Below are positions 9,589 to 20,838 of a stretch of 64,000 nucleotides of DNA, piece by piece. Each line of letters starts with the position of its first letter. The first letter of the stretch is position 1. Under the pieces are notes generated by a model. The model was given only the letters and a program-made list of their open reading frames with translations. It was not told where the DNA came from and ran no database searches. The stretch is from an uncultured delta proteobacterium (lineage in GTDB: Bacteria > Desulfobacterota > Binatia > UBA9968). The position numbers and the translations under genes are program-made. The stretch lies in NCBI GenBank assembly GCA_963755715.1, contig CAVWLW010000038.1:53169-117168 (forward strand), given 5' to 3'.

Positions 9589-11330
9589 ATCTTTTTCTCC
9601 AGGCGCTGGATTTTATCGCGGAGGCGCTTGATCTGCTCGTTTTCTTTGGTGCGCTTGAGCGCCTCTCGGTAGCGGGCCAAGGCGCGATCGCCCCTGCCGC
9701 TTTTTTCATAGGCGTCGGCGAGGTGTTCGATAATGGTCGGATCGTCGACCGTGATCTCGACCGCCCGTTCCAACTGTTCGACGGCCTTCGGATAATCGCC
9801 CTTTTGATAATAAACCCAACCCAGGCTGTCGATGTAAAAGCCATCGTCGGGCTGGATCTTAAGAGCGCGCTGGATCATATCTTCCGCGTCATCGAGCTGC
9901 ACGCCCATCTCGGCCCAGGTATAGCCGAGATAATTGAGCGCAGCGGCATTTTTCGGATTGAGCTCGATGGCTTTTTTCATGCTCGCGACGGATTTTTCCT
10001 TATTTTTGTTTTCGTCGTAAAGCGCGCCGAGCTGAAAATGGGCCTCATCGTTCTTGGGATCCAAGGTGACGACCTTTTCCATTGCTTGGATCGCTTTCGG
10101 ATATTCCTTGGTCTTGCGGTAAAGCGAGCTCAGAAAGGCATAGATTTCCTTGCGATCGTTACGCTTCGCGGCCACCGCTTGGACCAGCTCGATCGCCTTT
10201 TGCGTCTCTTCTTTACGATCGTAAAGATAGGCGGCCTGCACGCGCGAATCGACGTAAAGCTCGCTTTTTTCCGAGACGCGCTCGAAAGCTTCCAGAGCCT
10301 TATCGTCGGCCTTCATCTCGATATAGGTCGCGCCCAAATAGTAGCGCGCCCGATCGTTATCCGGATCGCCGGCCAAAACCAGATTGAATTCCGTCGCAGC
10401 GCGCTCAAAATCGCCTTTTTCAAACGAGATCAGGCCGATTTTAATCCGCGTCTCGCGCGGATCGCTTTCGCTGCCTTGCAGCGTCTCGAATTGACGCAGC
10501 GCCTCGTCGAGCTTGTTCTGGCCGACGTAAAGCTCGCCCAAGCGCCGGCGCGCCCAGGCGTTTTGGGCGTTGACCTGTAAAAGCCGCTGATAGGTTTGGA
10601 TCGCGTCTTCGGTTTTGCTTTCGAGTTCATAGACGAGCGCCAGATCCAGTAGGACCGCCTCTGATTTGGGATTGAGCTCCAGGGCCTTGCGGTAGCTTTG
10701 CTCGGCGGCGAGATAAAGTTTGCTCTTGGCGCGCACTCGACCCAGATAGTAGTAACCGAGCGCCGAATTGGGATCAGCCTTGAGCAATTCTTCCAATCTT
10801 TGGCCGGCGCGCGCCAAATCATCGACCTGCAAGTAGAGCGCGCCGAGATAAAGGAGCGCTTCCTGATTTGCCGGGTCGAGTTGCAAAACTTCATTGTATT
10901 CGGCAATACCTTTTTGGTTTTCGTTAAGCGATGAGTAGAGCCCGGCCAAAAGCAGGTGGTGATCCACGCTCTTGGGCTCCAGCCGAACCGCCGTTTCGGC
11001 CTCGACTAGCGCTTTTTTTAAATCTCCTTTGCGCAGATAAAGCGAGGCCAAGCGGAAATGAAGAAAGGCATCGTTGGGCTCGGCCGCAACCGCCGCTTCA
11101 AACTCTTTTAGCGCCGGATCGAAGTCGCCTTCGCCGAGCAGAGCATAACCTTTGAGGAAATGACTGAAGGCTTGGGCCTCGGACGAAATCTCGGTTTTAC
11201 GCTGGTTGCGAAAAGGCGCTTCAGGCGACCAAGCTAAACCTTCGGGGGGCGGTTTCAGCTCGGGTACCGCCGCGGCGCAACCGGACAGAATCAAAAGCGA
11301 AATAGCCGTCCGAAGAGAGCGAGTACCCAT
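9585..11330 (-). CDS. Multi-TPR lipoprotein
   Basis: Lipobox LSGC, many TPR repeats, C-terminal ALNYLGY...DSLGWVYY...EHLADAY. Confidence 0.9.
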   Translation of the reverse strand: MGTRSLRTAISLLILSGCAAAVPELKPPPEGLAWSPEAPFRNQRKTEISSEAQAFSHFLKGYALLGEGDFDPALKEFEAAVAAEPNDAFLHFRLASLYLRKGDLKKALVEAETAVRLEPKSVDHHLLLAGLYSSLNENQKGIAEYNEVLQLDPANQEALLYLGALYLQVDDLARAGQRLEELLKADPNSALGYYYLGRVRAKSKLYLAAEQSYRKALELNPKSEAVLLDLALVYELESKTEDAIQTYQRLLQVNAQNAWARRRLGELYVGQNKLDEALRQFETLQGSESDPRETRIKIGLISFEKGDFERAATEFNLVLAGDPDNDRARYYLGATYIEMKADDKALEAFERVSEKSELYVDSRVQAAYLYDRKEETQKAIELVQAVAAKRNDRKEIYAFLSSLYRKTKEYPKAIQAMEKVVTLDPKNDEAHFQLGALYDENKNKEKSVASMKKAIELNPKNAAALNYLGYTWAEMGVQLDDAEDMIQRALKIQPDDGFYIDSLGWVYYQKGDYPKAVEQLERAVEITVDDPTIIEHLADAYEKSGRGDRALARYREALKRTKENEQIKRLRDKIQRLEKKI

Positions 11331-11452
11331 TGACTGAAGGGTTAACATAACGGTTGGAGACGGTCAACGTAGACTCGCGCTTGGCTTCATTCACTGGTCC
11401 AACTATGTTAATTTTTTTTTGCGGCGCGCGCTTCATAAGCGCGTCCTATTAG

Positions 11453-13495
<2,043 letters not shown>

Positions 13496-13600
13496 GCAAT
13501 TGCCAAAAGATTTGCGTTCATCTTTTATTTCAACGGCTCGCAACAAGCGGAGATCTCTCGGTAGTTCATCTCCATTCGTCGTGAGTAGTTCGAAGCGCGA

Positions 13601-13927
13601 TTAATAGCGGTCGCGGCGCGGCGGTCGGCCGCCTCCACCGCCACCGCCAAAACCACCGCCGGAGCGCGAGTCGCGCGGCGCTTGCGGGCGAGCCTCGCTG
13701 ACGACGATATTGCGGCCGTCGAAGTCCGTGCCGTTTAGTGCGCTAATCGCTTTTTCCGCTTCCTGATCCGAGCTCATCTCGACAAAGCCGAAGCCCTTCG
13801 ACCGACCGCTGAATTTGTCGGTAATGATCCTCGCGCTGACCACCGAGCCATATTGCGCGAAGTGTTGCTGGAGCCTCTCCTCCGTGACGTTGTAGGAAAG
13901 GTTGCCAACGTATAACTTTGCTCCCAT
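13601..13927 (-). CDS. RRM RNA-binding protein with Gly-rich tail
   Basis: RNP2 LYVGNL, RNP1 KGFGFVEM, GGGFGGGGGGG tail. Confidence 0.95.
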   Translation of the reverse strand: MGAKLYVGNLSYNVTEERLQQHFAQYGSVVSARIITDKFSGRSKGFGFVEMSSDQEAEKAISALNGTDFDGRNIVVSEARPQAPRDSRSGGGFGGGGGGGRPPRRDRY

Positions 13928-14062
13928 CTCGGCCCTCCTTGTTGGATCGACGAACGCTCACTTTAAACGGATCGACTTAGCCAAAGGGCAGGGCCTCAAA
14001 CGGGTTTTCCACCACTCGCTCGGCGTGCTCTTCGGTAACCGGACCCCTGGCGAAATGGCGCC

Positions 14063-14092
14063 AGCCTACAAAAGTCAAAGCGCGCTTGTCAA
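14063..14092 (-). promoter_or_regulatory. Putative sigma70 promoter of the RRM gene
   Basis: Minus strand TTGACA-18 nt-TAGGCT, about 135 nt upstream of the start codon. Confidence 0.45.
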
Positions 14093-14173
14093 ATCTTTTC
14101 AGCCCGGTGATCGGGCCTTGGCGATGGCTTGCCGGACCACGGTTCCTGGGCTAGAAAAAAGAGAGGAAAACCG

Positions 14174-14464
14174 ATGGAGCCGTTTGCGGAAAAAGCCCGC
14201 GCTCATTTCAAAGTTCATGGGCGCGTCCAAGGCGTTTATTTTCGCGCTTCGACCGTGCAGTGCGCCCAGGAGCTCGGCCTGACGGGCTGGGTGAAGAACT
14301 GCGACGACGGTTCGGTGGAGGGGGTTGCCGAGGGCCCGCGCCACCGGCTTGAGCAACTGATCTCGTGGTGTTGGCAAGGACCGTCGGGAGCAAAGGTGAC
14401 AAACGTCGAGGTCTTTTGGGCAAGCGCCGAGAGCACCTTTATAGGTTTCACGATCAAGCGCTAA
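14174..14464 (+). CDS. acyP: Acylphosphatase
   Basis: VHGRVQGVYFR, GLTGWVKN, GPSGAKV; GAGG RBS before ATG 14174. Confidence 0.93.
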   Translation: MEPFAEKARAHFKVHGRVQGVYFRASTVQCAQELGLTGWVKNCDDGSVEGVAEGPRHRLEQLISWCWQGPSGAKVTNVEVFWASAESTFIGFTIKR

Positions 14465-14468
14465 GCCG

Positions 14469-15311
14469 CTACTCTTTTTGCTTCGTCTGAATCAGATCCA
14501 GCGCCAGCCGATAGACCCCACGCTTGGCAAGATCGTAGCGTTCGCCGAGCAATTCTGAAATTGCTTTCACGCCCATCCCTGCGCCGGCAAGGCGACGAAT
14601 CTCCGCCTCGATCTCTTCGTCGGAAACCGCGGCCACTGACGGTGCACCCTGCACGACGATCGTGATCTCGCCCTTCACCTCCCGATTCGCAATCTGCTCG
14701 CTCACTGCGCTGATCGTGCCGCGCAGAAATTCTTCGTGAATCTTCGTCACCTCGCGGGCAACGACGATTTGACGGTCGCCGAAAACCTGCAGCAAGTCTT
14801 GCAGCGACTCTTTGAGCCGGTGCGGCGCCTCGTAGAAGATCAGCGTCCTGACTTCGCTCTGAAGCTTCTGCAGCTTTTTTTTCTTTTCCTGTTTCTTGGC
14901 GGGAAGAAACCCTTCGAAGACAAAGCGGTCGGATGGCAGACCGCTGGCGCTTATCACAGCGGCGAGTGCGGCGGCGCCGGGAATCGGCGTTACTTGGATG
15001 CCGGCGAGCAACGCGGCCACGACCAAACGGTAACCGGGGTCGGAGATCGCCGGCGTCCCCGCGTCGGATACCAACGCGATGCTGTCGCCGCGCAGCAAGC
15101 GCTCGACTAAATTTTGCGCCTTAGCGCGTTCGTTGTGCTCGTGATAACTGGTAAGCGCGGTTTTTATGCCGTAATGATCGAGCAGGTGGCGGGTATGGCG
15201 CGTGTCCTCGGCGGCGATCAAATCGACTTCTTTGAGAATGCGCAACGCGCGCAGCGTAATATCTTCGAGGTTGCCGATCGGCGTGGCGACGATATAGAGA
15301 ACTCCAGCCAT
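14469..15311 (-). CDS. rsmI: 16S rRNA C1402 2'-O-methyltransferase
   Basis: LYIVATPIGNLEDIT, AEDTR, SDAGTPAISDPG, FEGFLP, YEAPHRL. Confidence 0.96.
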   Translation of the reverse strand: MAGVLYIVATPIGNLEDITLRALRILKEVDLIAAEDTRHTRHLLDHYGIKTALTSYHEHNERAKAQNLVERLLRGDSIALVSDAGTPAISDPGYRLVVAALLAGIQVTPIPGAAALAAVISASGLPSDRFVFEGFLPAKKQEKKKKLQKLQSEVRTLIFYEAPHRLKESLQDLLQVFGDRQIVVAREVTKIHEEFLRGTISAVSEQIANREVKGEITIVVQGAPSVAAVSDEEIEAEIRRLAGAGMGVKAISELLGERYDLAKRGVYRLALDLIQTKQKE

Positions 15312-15329
15312 GACCAGAACCGCCCTATA

Positions 15330-15393
15330 AGAATCGAGAATCGGAGATGGAGGAAAAATTGCGCGATCTTCGATCCTCCATCCTCTATCTTCG
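15330..15393. repeat. Intergenic 7-nt periodic inverted-repeat element
   Basis: Right arm ATCTTCG ATCCTCC ATCCTCT ATCTTCG; left arm AGAATCG AGAATCG GAGATGG, roughly complementary. Confidence 0.7.
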
Positions 15394-15400
15394 ACTCGCC

Positions 15401-16222
15401 TCACTTTCCCCAATCCCGCGAATAGCGAAAATCACGGTCAATGGTTCGCTGCGACACTTTGGCGATCACCGGCAGGCGCCGTTTGAATTGTGAAGTCATG
15501 ATCTGGAGAGCAACTCTGTCGATAAACGTTTCGGCAAATCCTAAAGTCATTAGCTCCGGCTTGGTGCAACGCTGATCGACCATCATGTAGAGAAGCTTGT
15601 CCACTTCCCGGTAAGTGAATCCCAACTCTCCCTCGTCGGTTTGACCCACCCAGAGATCGGCTGAGGGCTCCTTCGCGACTATCACTGATGGCACCCCGAT
15701 CGCTTCCGCCAACGCCCAGACCTGCGTCTTGTAAAGATCGCCGAGCGGATTTATCGCCGAAGCCATATCGCCGTGCAGCGTGCCGTAGCCGAGCAATAAT
15801 TCGGTTTTGTTGCTCGTGCCGATCACCAAGCCGTTCCAGCGCGCTGAATGATCGTAGAGTATCGTCATGCGCTCGCGCGCCATCTTGTTGCCGCGCCGCC
15901 GCGCGTCGGCGTCCGGGAAGCGATCAAAGTACGCGTCGATTTGCGGCGTAATATCGACGACCAACGATTCGAGATTGCTTTTCTGCGCGACCATTTCGGC
16001 ATGCGCCAGGCTATCGGGATTGGAGCTCTTGTACGGCATCAAAACAGCGAGCACGTTTTTCGCGCCGAGCGCTTCGGCGGCAAGCATGGCGCTGAGCGCG
16101 GAGTCGACGCCGCCGGATAATCCCACGATGACTCGATTCATGCCGGTCTTCTGCACTTCATTGCGGATAAAACCGGTGAGGATTTCGCGCAGCAGCGGCG
16201 CATTGGTAGGAATTTGCATCAT
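15401..16222 (-). CDS. nadE: NAD+ synthetase, synthetase domain only
   Basis: PP-loop [48 protein letters not shown]. Confidence 0.95.
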   Translation of the reverse strand: MMQIPTNAPLLREILTGFIRNEVQKTGMNRVIVGLSGGVDSALSAMLAAEALGAKNVLAVLMPYKSSNPDSLAHAEMVAQKSNLESLVVDITPQIDAYFDRFPDADARRRGNKMARERMTILYDHSARWNGLVIGTSNKTELLLGYGTLHGDMASAINPLGDLYKTQVWALAEAIGVPSVIVAKEPSADLWVGQTDEGELGFTYREVDKLLYMMVDQRCTKPELMTLGFAETFIDRVALQIMTSQFKRRLPVIAKVSQRTIDRDFRYSRDWGK

Positions 16223-16227
16223 GACCG

Positions 16228-17169
16228 TTACGGCGGGCAGCCGGAGGCTAGCGCTTTCGCTTTTTTGACGCTTTGAAGCGTTGAACTTTCGAAACCTTTG
16301 AGCTTTTGCGCGACATGCGCCGCCGGCCGCTCGCGAATCCGCATCAATTCATTGATCGTCAGATCGATGTCCTCATCGCGCAGCAGCGGCGACATCGTGC
16401 GTTTGCGGCGCACCGATTCCAGCGCAATATCGGCGACGAGAAAATCTTCTTCATAGTATTTCGCTTTGGCGATCCGCTGGCCAAAAGGATCGACGATTTC
16501 CGAACCGCCCCAAAAACCGACGCCGTCCTCGAAACCACAGCGATTGCCGTACACCATGAACAGACTATAGGTCTCCGCGTAGGTGCGGTTGATCATTTCC
16601 CAATAGCGCGCGTTATCGTCCTGAGCTTGCGCGTCGACGATGCCGCGCAGCGGGCTGGCCGACGGACAGAGAACCGCCAGCGCGCCGTCCAAAGCGGCCA
16701 GATAAATCGTCGACGGGTGCCACAGATCCTCGCAGATCAACAGCGCTAAGCGACCGAACTTCGAATCGAAGACGCGAATTCGGTCGCCGGCGGCGAAATA
16801 GCGCTGCTCGTCAAACATGCCGTAGGTCGGCAGGTAGACTTTGCGGTGCGTGTGGCGAATTTCGCCCTTTTCAAAATAGACCGCGGCATTGAAAAACCGA
16901 TGGTCGGCGCTTTCCTCGACGAGCCCGGCGACGAACGGCAGTTCACGGCTTAATTTTTTTAGCGCCTTCATTTCAGCGGAATTCATCGTCAGCGCGACAC
17001 TCGGAACCGTATCGCGAAGGTAGTAACCGGTAAGACTCAGCTCCGGAAAAAGCAGCAGATCGGCCGAGTCTTTGACCGCCTGGCGAATATTTTCCTCGTA
17101 GAGCCCCATATTGGCGTCGAGGTCACCAAGCTTTGGATTTATTTGGGCGATTGCGATGCGGATCGACAC
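16228..17169 (-). CDS. Nitrilase-fold C-N hydrolase, probable glutaminase partner of NadE
   Basis: Catalytic triad FPELSLTGY / [18 protein letters not shown] / LICEDLW; lies directly upstream of nadE; GTG start at 17169 inferred. Confidence 0.88.
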   Translation of the reverse strand: MSIRIAIAQINPKLGDLDANMGLYEENIRQAVKDSADLLLFPELSLTGYYLRDTVPSVALTMNSAEMKALKKLSRELPFVAGLVEESADHRFFNAAVYFEKGEIRHTHRKVYLPTYGMFDEQRYFAAGDRIRVFDSKFGRLALLICEDLWHPSTIYLAALDGALAVLCPSASPLRGIVDAQAQDDNARYWEMINRTYAETYSLFMVYGNRCGFEDGVGFWGGSEIVDPFGQRIAKAKYYEEDFLVADIALESVRRKRTMSPLLRDEDIDLTINELMRIRERPAAHVAQKLKGFESSTLQSVKKAKALASGCPP

Positions 17170-17312
17170 GGGGAAGTCTCCATTAGCTCTACGATGCAAT
17201 AAATTCTTATGAAAGTAACATAGGGCTCAGCTCACTTGCAATTTAACCTCTGCGCGCCTATTTTCGATCAAGCAATCGACTGGAAAAAGCCATAGTCAGG
17301 TTATCGGGCAAC

Positions 17313-17537
17313 ATGGATGAAAAAGTTCTGATATTCGGAAAAGATCTCTGACCGTACACCGCCGGCGCCCGGGAGGCATTCAGCCGCCGTAAGATTCCTC
17401 ATGAGTACGTCAACGTCCTCGAAGACGAGCAGGGCTTGGAGCGCATGCTCAAGCTTTCGAACGGCCGGCGCCAAGTTCCGGTCATCGTCGAAGCCGGTAA
17501 AGTTTCGATCGGCTTCGGCGGTTCGTGAGAAGTTTAG
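17313..17537 (+). CDS. Uxx-star-type glutaredoxin-like selenoprotein with two predicted selenocysteines (74 aa)
   Basis: Hand translation: MDEKVLIFGKDL-U-PYTAGAREAFSRRKIPHEYVNVLEDEQGLERMLKLSNGRRQVPVIVEAGKVSIGFGGS-U-EV*. TGA at 17349-17351 and 17526-17528, each followed by a SECIS-like hairpin. Absent from the ORF track. Confidence 0.85.
17363..17386 (+). promoter_or_regulatory. Candidate bacterial SECIS for the first UGA
   Basis: CGGC-GCC-CGGGA-GGC-attca-GCCG; G-containing apical loop starts about 19 nt after the UGA. Confidence 0.55.
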
Positions 17538-17538
17538 C

Positions 17539-17557
17539 GCGCCGGCGGAGCCGGCGC
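17539..17557 (+). promoter_or_regulatory. Candidate bacterial SECIS for the second UGA
   Basis: Perfect 8-bp stem GCGCCGGC-GGA-GCCGGCGC, loop 19 nt after the UGA, no U-tract following. Confidence 0.65.
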
Positions 17558-17600
17558 TGCACGCCATCCTATCAGCTTAAGCGAACGGTCTAAGGCCGAC

Positions 17601-18677
17601 GTGAGCGAGCCGATCAATCCGCTAATCACTGCTAAAATCCGCGCCGTCTTCGGCGCCGATCAGACATTGACCGCACTCGTGCCGCTCGCCGGCGACGCTT
17701 CGAGCCGCCGCTACTATCGAGCCATCCTCAGCGGCACCGGCACGCCGCCATCCATCATCGTCATGGAGCTGCCGGCCGGCAGCTCGCTACCGCTTTCGAG
17801 CGAGGAGTTGGCGATATTCAAGGAAGGGCCGAAAGAACTGCCATTTTTGAACGTACACCGTTTTCTCAGCCGGACCGGCGTCAATGTGCCGCAAATTCTC
17901 GGCGCTTGGGAAAAAGACGGAATTCTTTTGCTCGAAGACTTGGGCGATACAGCGCTCTGGGACCGGGTCCAGGGCTTGGCCGAGGACGACACCGTCGCCT
18001 GGTATCAAAAAGCGATCGACGAATTGTTGAAAATACAGATCCGCGGCACCGAGAATCGCGACGGCTCCTGCATCGCCTTCCAACAGCGCTTCGATCTTAA
18101 GCTCTACATGTGGGAGTTCGAGCATTTTATCGAGTGGGGCTTGGAAAAACGCCCGGGCTCGGTCGTCAACGCGAACATGACGGGCCAGCTAAGAAAATCC
18201 TTTGCCGCCATCGCCGAGCTTTTGGACCGCCAAACTCCCTGTTTGAATCACCGCGATTATCACAGCTGGAATTTGATGATCCAAAACGAAGCCGTGCGCG
18301 TGATCGACTTTCAAGACGCGCTCATGGCGCCACCCCAGTATGACCTCGCGTCCCTGCTGAACGATCGAGTCACCGACAGCGTGATTCGGCCGGCGCTCGA
18401 AGAACGGCTCGTGCGCTATTATATCGAGCGCCGCGGCGAGCTCGAAAAGCGCAAAATTTCGGCCGATGAATTCTGGGAAATTTACCGTCTTTCGGCTATT
18501 CAGAGGGACTTGAAAGTCGTCGGCCGTTTTTACTATCTCGATCTCGTGAAAGGCAAACCCGGCTATATGAAGTTCGTGCCGCCGACCGCGCGGCGGCTCG
18601 AACGCAATCTCGCCAACGTCGCGCAGACGCAACCCGTGCTGGAATTACTACGCGAACACTTCGAGGCGATGCGATGA
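17601..18677 (+). CDS. amgK: Anomeric MurNAc/GlcNAc kinase (APH phosphotransferase fold)
   Basis: LAGDASSRRYYR, LLLEDLGD, HRDYHSWNLM, IDFQDA, YDLASLL, QRDLKVVGRF; coupled to a nucleotidyltransferase. Confidence 0.85.
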   Translation: MSEPINPLITAKIRAVFGADQTLTALVPLAGDASSRRYYRAILSGTGTPPSIIVMELPAGSSLPLSSEELAIFKEGPKELPFLNVHRFLSRTGVNVPQILGAWEKDGILLLEDLGDTALWDRVQGLAEDDTVAWYQKAIDELLKIQIRGTENRDGSCIAFQQRFDLKLYMWEFEHFIEWGLEKRPGSVVNANMTGQLRKSFAAIAELLDRQTPCLNHRDYHSWNLMIQNEAVRVIDFQDALMAPPQYDLASLLNDRVTDSVIRPALEERLVRYYIERRGELEKRKISADEFWEIYRLSAIQRDLKVVGRFYYLDLVKGKPGYMKFVPPTARRLERNLANVAQTQPVLELLREHFEAMR

Positions 18678-19420
18678 AAGCGATGGTCTTGGCCGCCGGC
18701 CAAGGCACCCGTCTGCACCCGATCACCGATAGCCAACCGAAAGCGCTCGTGCCGCTCGCGGGACGGCCGATGATCGAGTATGCGCTCTTGTTGCTGCGCC
18801 ACTACGGCATCGGCGAGATCATCATCAACCTGCACCACTTCGGCGAGCAGATCGAAGATCGGCTCGGCGACGGTCAGCAACTCGGTTTAAACATCATGTA
18901 CTCGAAAGAAACCGAGCTTCTCGATACCGGCGGCGGGCTTCTTAAGGCCAAAGCATTCCTGCAAGACGGCAGTTTTATCGTGATCAATACCGACGCGCTC
19001 ATCGATTTGAATTTGGCCGAAGTGATCGCGTTTCACAAAAGCAAGAACGCCGCCGCGACGCTGGTGCTTCGTCCCGACGAAAACGCCGAGCAATACGGTT
19101 CGATGGATATCGACGAGCACGGCCGCATCTGCCGTTTCCTTCGGACCCAGGCGCCGATCCGACCGGCGGGATCGATCCAGACGTTGATGTTTTCCGGCGT
19201 GCAACTTCTCGAGCCTATCGTTTTCGACTATATGGGCGCCGCTCAGGCGGCGCGAAAGTTCAGCACGACCCGGGAAACTTATCCGAAAATGCTGAGCGCC
19301 GGCGAAACACTTTCTGGATTTTGCTTCAAAGGTTTTTGGCAGGACCTTGGAACCATCGAGCGAATTAAACAGGCTGAAGAAAGCCTGGCTTCGGGTCGCG
19401 CCAGGCTGCATTATCTTTGA
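18674..19420 (+). CDS. murU: MurNAc-alpha-1-phosphate uridylyltransferase-like nucleotidyltransferase
   Basis: MKAMVLAAGQGTRL, PKAL, LDTGGG, WQDLGT; ATGA overlap with amgK. Confidence 0.82.
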   Translation: MKAMVLAAGQGTRLHPITDSQPKALVPLAGRPMIEYALLLLRHYGIGEIIINLHHFGEQIEDRLGDGQQLGLNIMYSKETELLDTGGGLLKAKAFLQDGSFIVINTDALIDLNLAEVIAFHKSKNAAATLVLRPDENAEQYGSMDIDEHGRICRFLRTQAPIRPAGSIQTLMFSGVQLLEPIVFDYMGAAQAARKFSTTRETYPKMLSAGETLSGFCFKGFWQDLGTIERIKQAEESLASGRARLHYL

Positions 19421-19433
19421 ACACCCGTCTTTG

Positions 19434-19955
19434 TTAGTCCGCCACGATCAGACCACAAGCAGCGCGGTCACCGGCGTTGCCGGTTGGATCGGTGACGTAG
19501 TCATCGACGCCGACGTGAATGACCAAAGCGCTGCCATCGCTGTCAAATACCGAGGCCGGACCGGCTTGAAGCGTAATCGCGTCGGTCTTGGATTCAAAAC
19601 GGCCTGAGCCGTCCTTGGTCACGAGCATATTCGGCAGATCGCCGGCGTGTGCGCCATCGGGACTTTTAAGACCGTGCTTTCTTTGCAGCGGGTTGAAATG
19701 TCCGCCCGCGCTGGTAAATGCCGGTCCCTCGCATTTGCCGACGGCATGCACGTGCACCGCGTGTAACCCCGGTGTGAGTCCTTTCACTTCCAGGCGCACG
19801 AGCACCCCGTCGGCGGTATCACGCAGAACCGCCTTGCCGACGGTTTTGCCGTCTTTGTCTTTCAGATCGGCCGTCGCGTGCGACCCCGGCGCCGCCATCG
19901 AACAACCGACAATCAAAATTAATCCGAAAATCATGAACAAATTTTTAATCGCCAT
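19434..19955 (-). CDS. sodC: Cu/Zn superoxide dismutase, lipoprotein
   Basis: HAVHVH, SAGGHFNP, HAGDLPN, LVIH, GNAGDRAACG; lipobox IVGC. Confidence 0.95.
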   Translation of the reverse strand: MAIKNLFMIFGLILIVGCSMAAPGSHATADLKDKDGKTVGKAVLRDTADGVLVRLEVKGLTPGLHAVHVHAVGKCEGPAFTSAGGHFNPLQRKHGLKSPDGAHAGDLPNMLVTKDGSGRFESKTDAITLQAGPASVFDSDGSALVIHVGVDDYVTDPTGNAGDRAACGLIVAD

Positions 19956-20118
19956 GTTGTTTCCTCCCGTTGAGAATTGTTTTTAAGTAGCACGGGCGTA
20001 GTGCAGTCACAAACTACGAGCAGCCGATGCCCCGAACTAGGCAGCCATTGCTCGATAATTTTTCGTCAAGTTTGCCACCCCTAGGGCCCTATGTTAGCTT
20101 TCAGCGTTGGCAGACGAG

Positions 20119-20838
20119 ATGGCATCATTGGGTTTTTACTTACCGACGGTCATGTTCATTTCACTCATCGGTGGGTTCTTGCCGCTATTGCGCGAGCTTT
20201 CGCAAAGAGCGCTGGCGCTGCTGTTGAGCTTTAGCGCCGGAGTGCTGCTCGGCGCGGTTTTTTTTCACATGCTGCCGGAGATCGGTAAAGTGCTCGTGGA
20301 CGATACCGGCTTGCCCATCTTGGCCGGATTCTTATTGATCTTCGTCATGGAAAGGTTTGTCTTCGTGCACGCCTGCGAGGAACGCGAGTGCGACATCCAT
20401 CAGATGGGCATCCCAGCTTTTTTGGGCATCTCGCTTCATAGCTTGTTGGACGGCATTGCCCTCGGCGCCGGTCTCATGTTGCCGCAGCTCGGCCCGGTCG
20501 TGCTGCTCGCGGTCCTGATTCACAAGATGCCGGACAGCATCTCGATATCTTCGATCCTCCTTTCCGCTGGCTGGGAACGGCGTAAAGTTGCCACGCTTAG
20601 CTTGTTGTTTTCTTTGACCACACCGGTGGGCGCACTCCTCGCTTTTCTCTTTCTACGCGAGCTTTCCGAGAATAATATAGCCGTCGCCCTCGGAGTGTCG
20701 GCAGGCACCTTCCTGGCGATCGCGACAGCGGATATTTTGCCGCAAGTTCACCGCATCCAAGAGCGCAATCCCCTGACCTTGCTATTTTTAGTCCTCGGCC
20801 TCGGCGTGAGTTGGATCGGCAGGGCGTTGGTCCACTAA
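20119..20838 (+). CDS. ZIP family metal transporter
   Basis: SAGVLLG...HMLPE, His/Cys loop HACEERECDIH, SLHSLLDG, IHKMPD, GTFLAIA...DILP. Confidence 0.9.
   Translation: MASLGFYLPTVMFISLIGGFLPLLRELSQRALALLLSFSAGVLLGAVFFHMLPEIGKVLVDDTGLPILAGFLLIFVMERFVFVHACEERECDIHQMGIPAFLGISLHSLLDGIALGAGLMLPQLGPVVLLAVLIHKMPDSISISSILLSAGWERRKVATLSLLFSLTTPVGALLAFLFLRELSENNIAVALGVSAGTFLAIATADILPQVHRIQERNPLTLLFLVLGLGVSWIGRALVH

Noticed and set aside
17539-17557. Hairpin read as a rho-independent terminator
   Set aside because: No U-tract follows, and its spacing from the UGA fits a SECIS better.
17301-17567. 88-aa minus-strand ORF in the ORF track
   Set aside because: It is the antisense shadow of the + strand selenoprotein gene and has no recognisable motifs.
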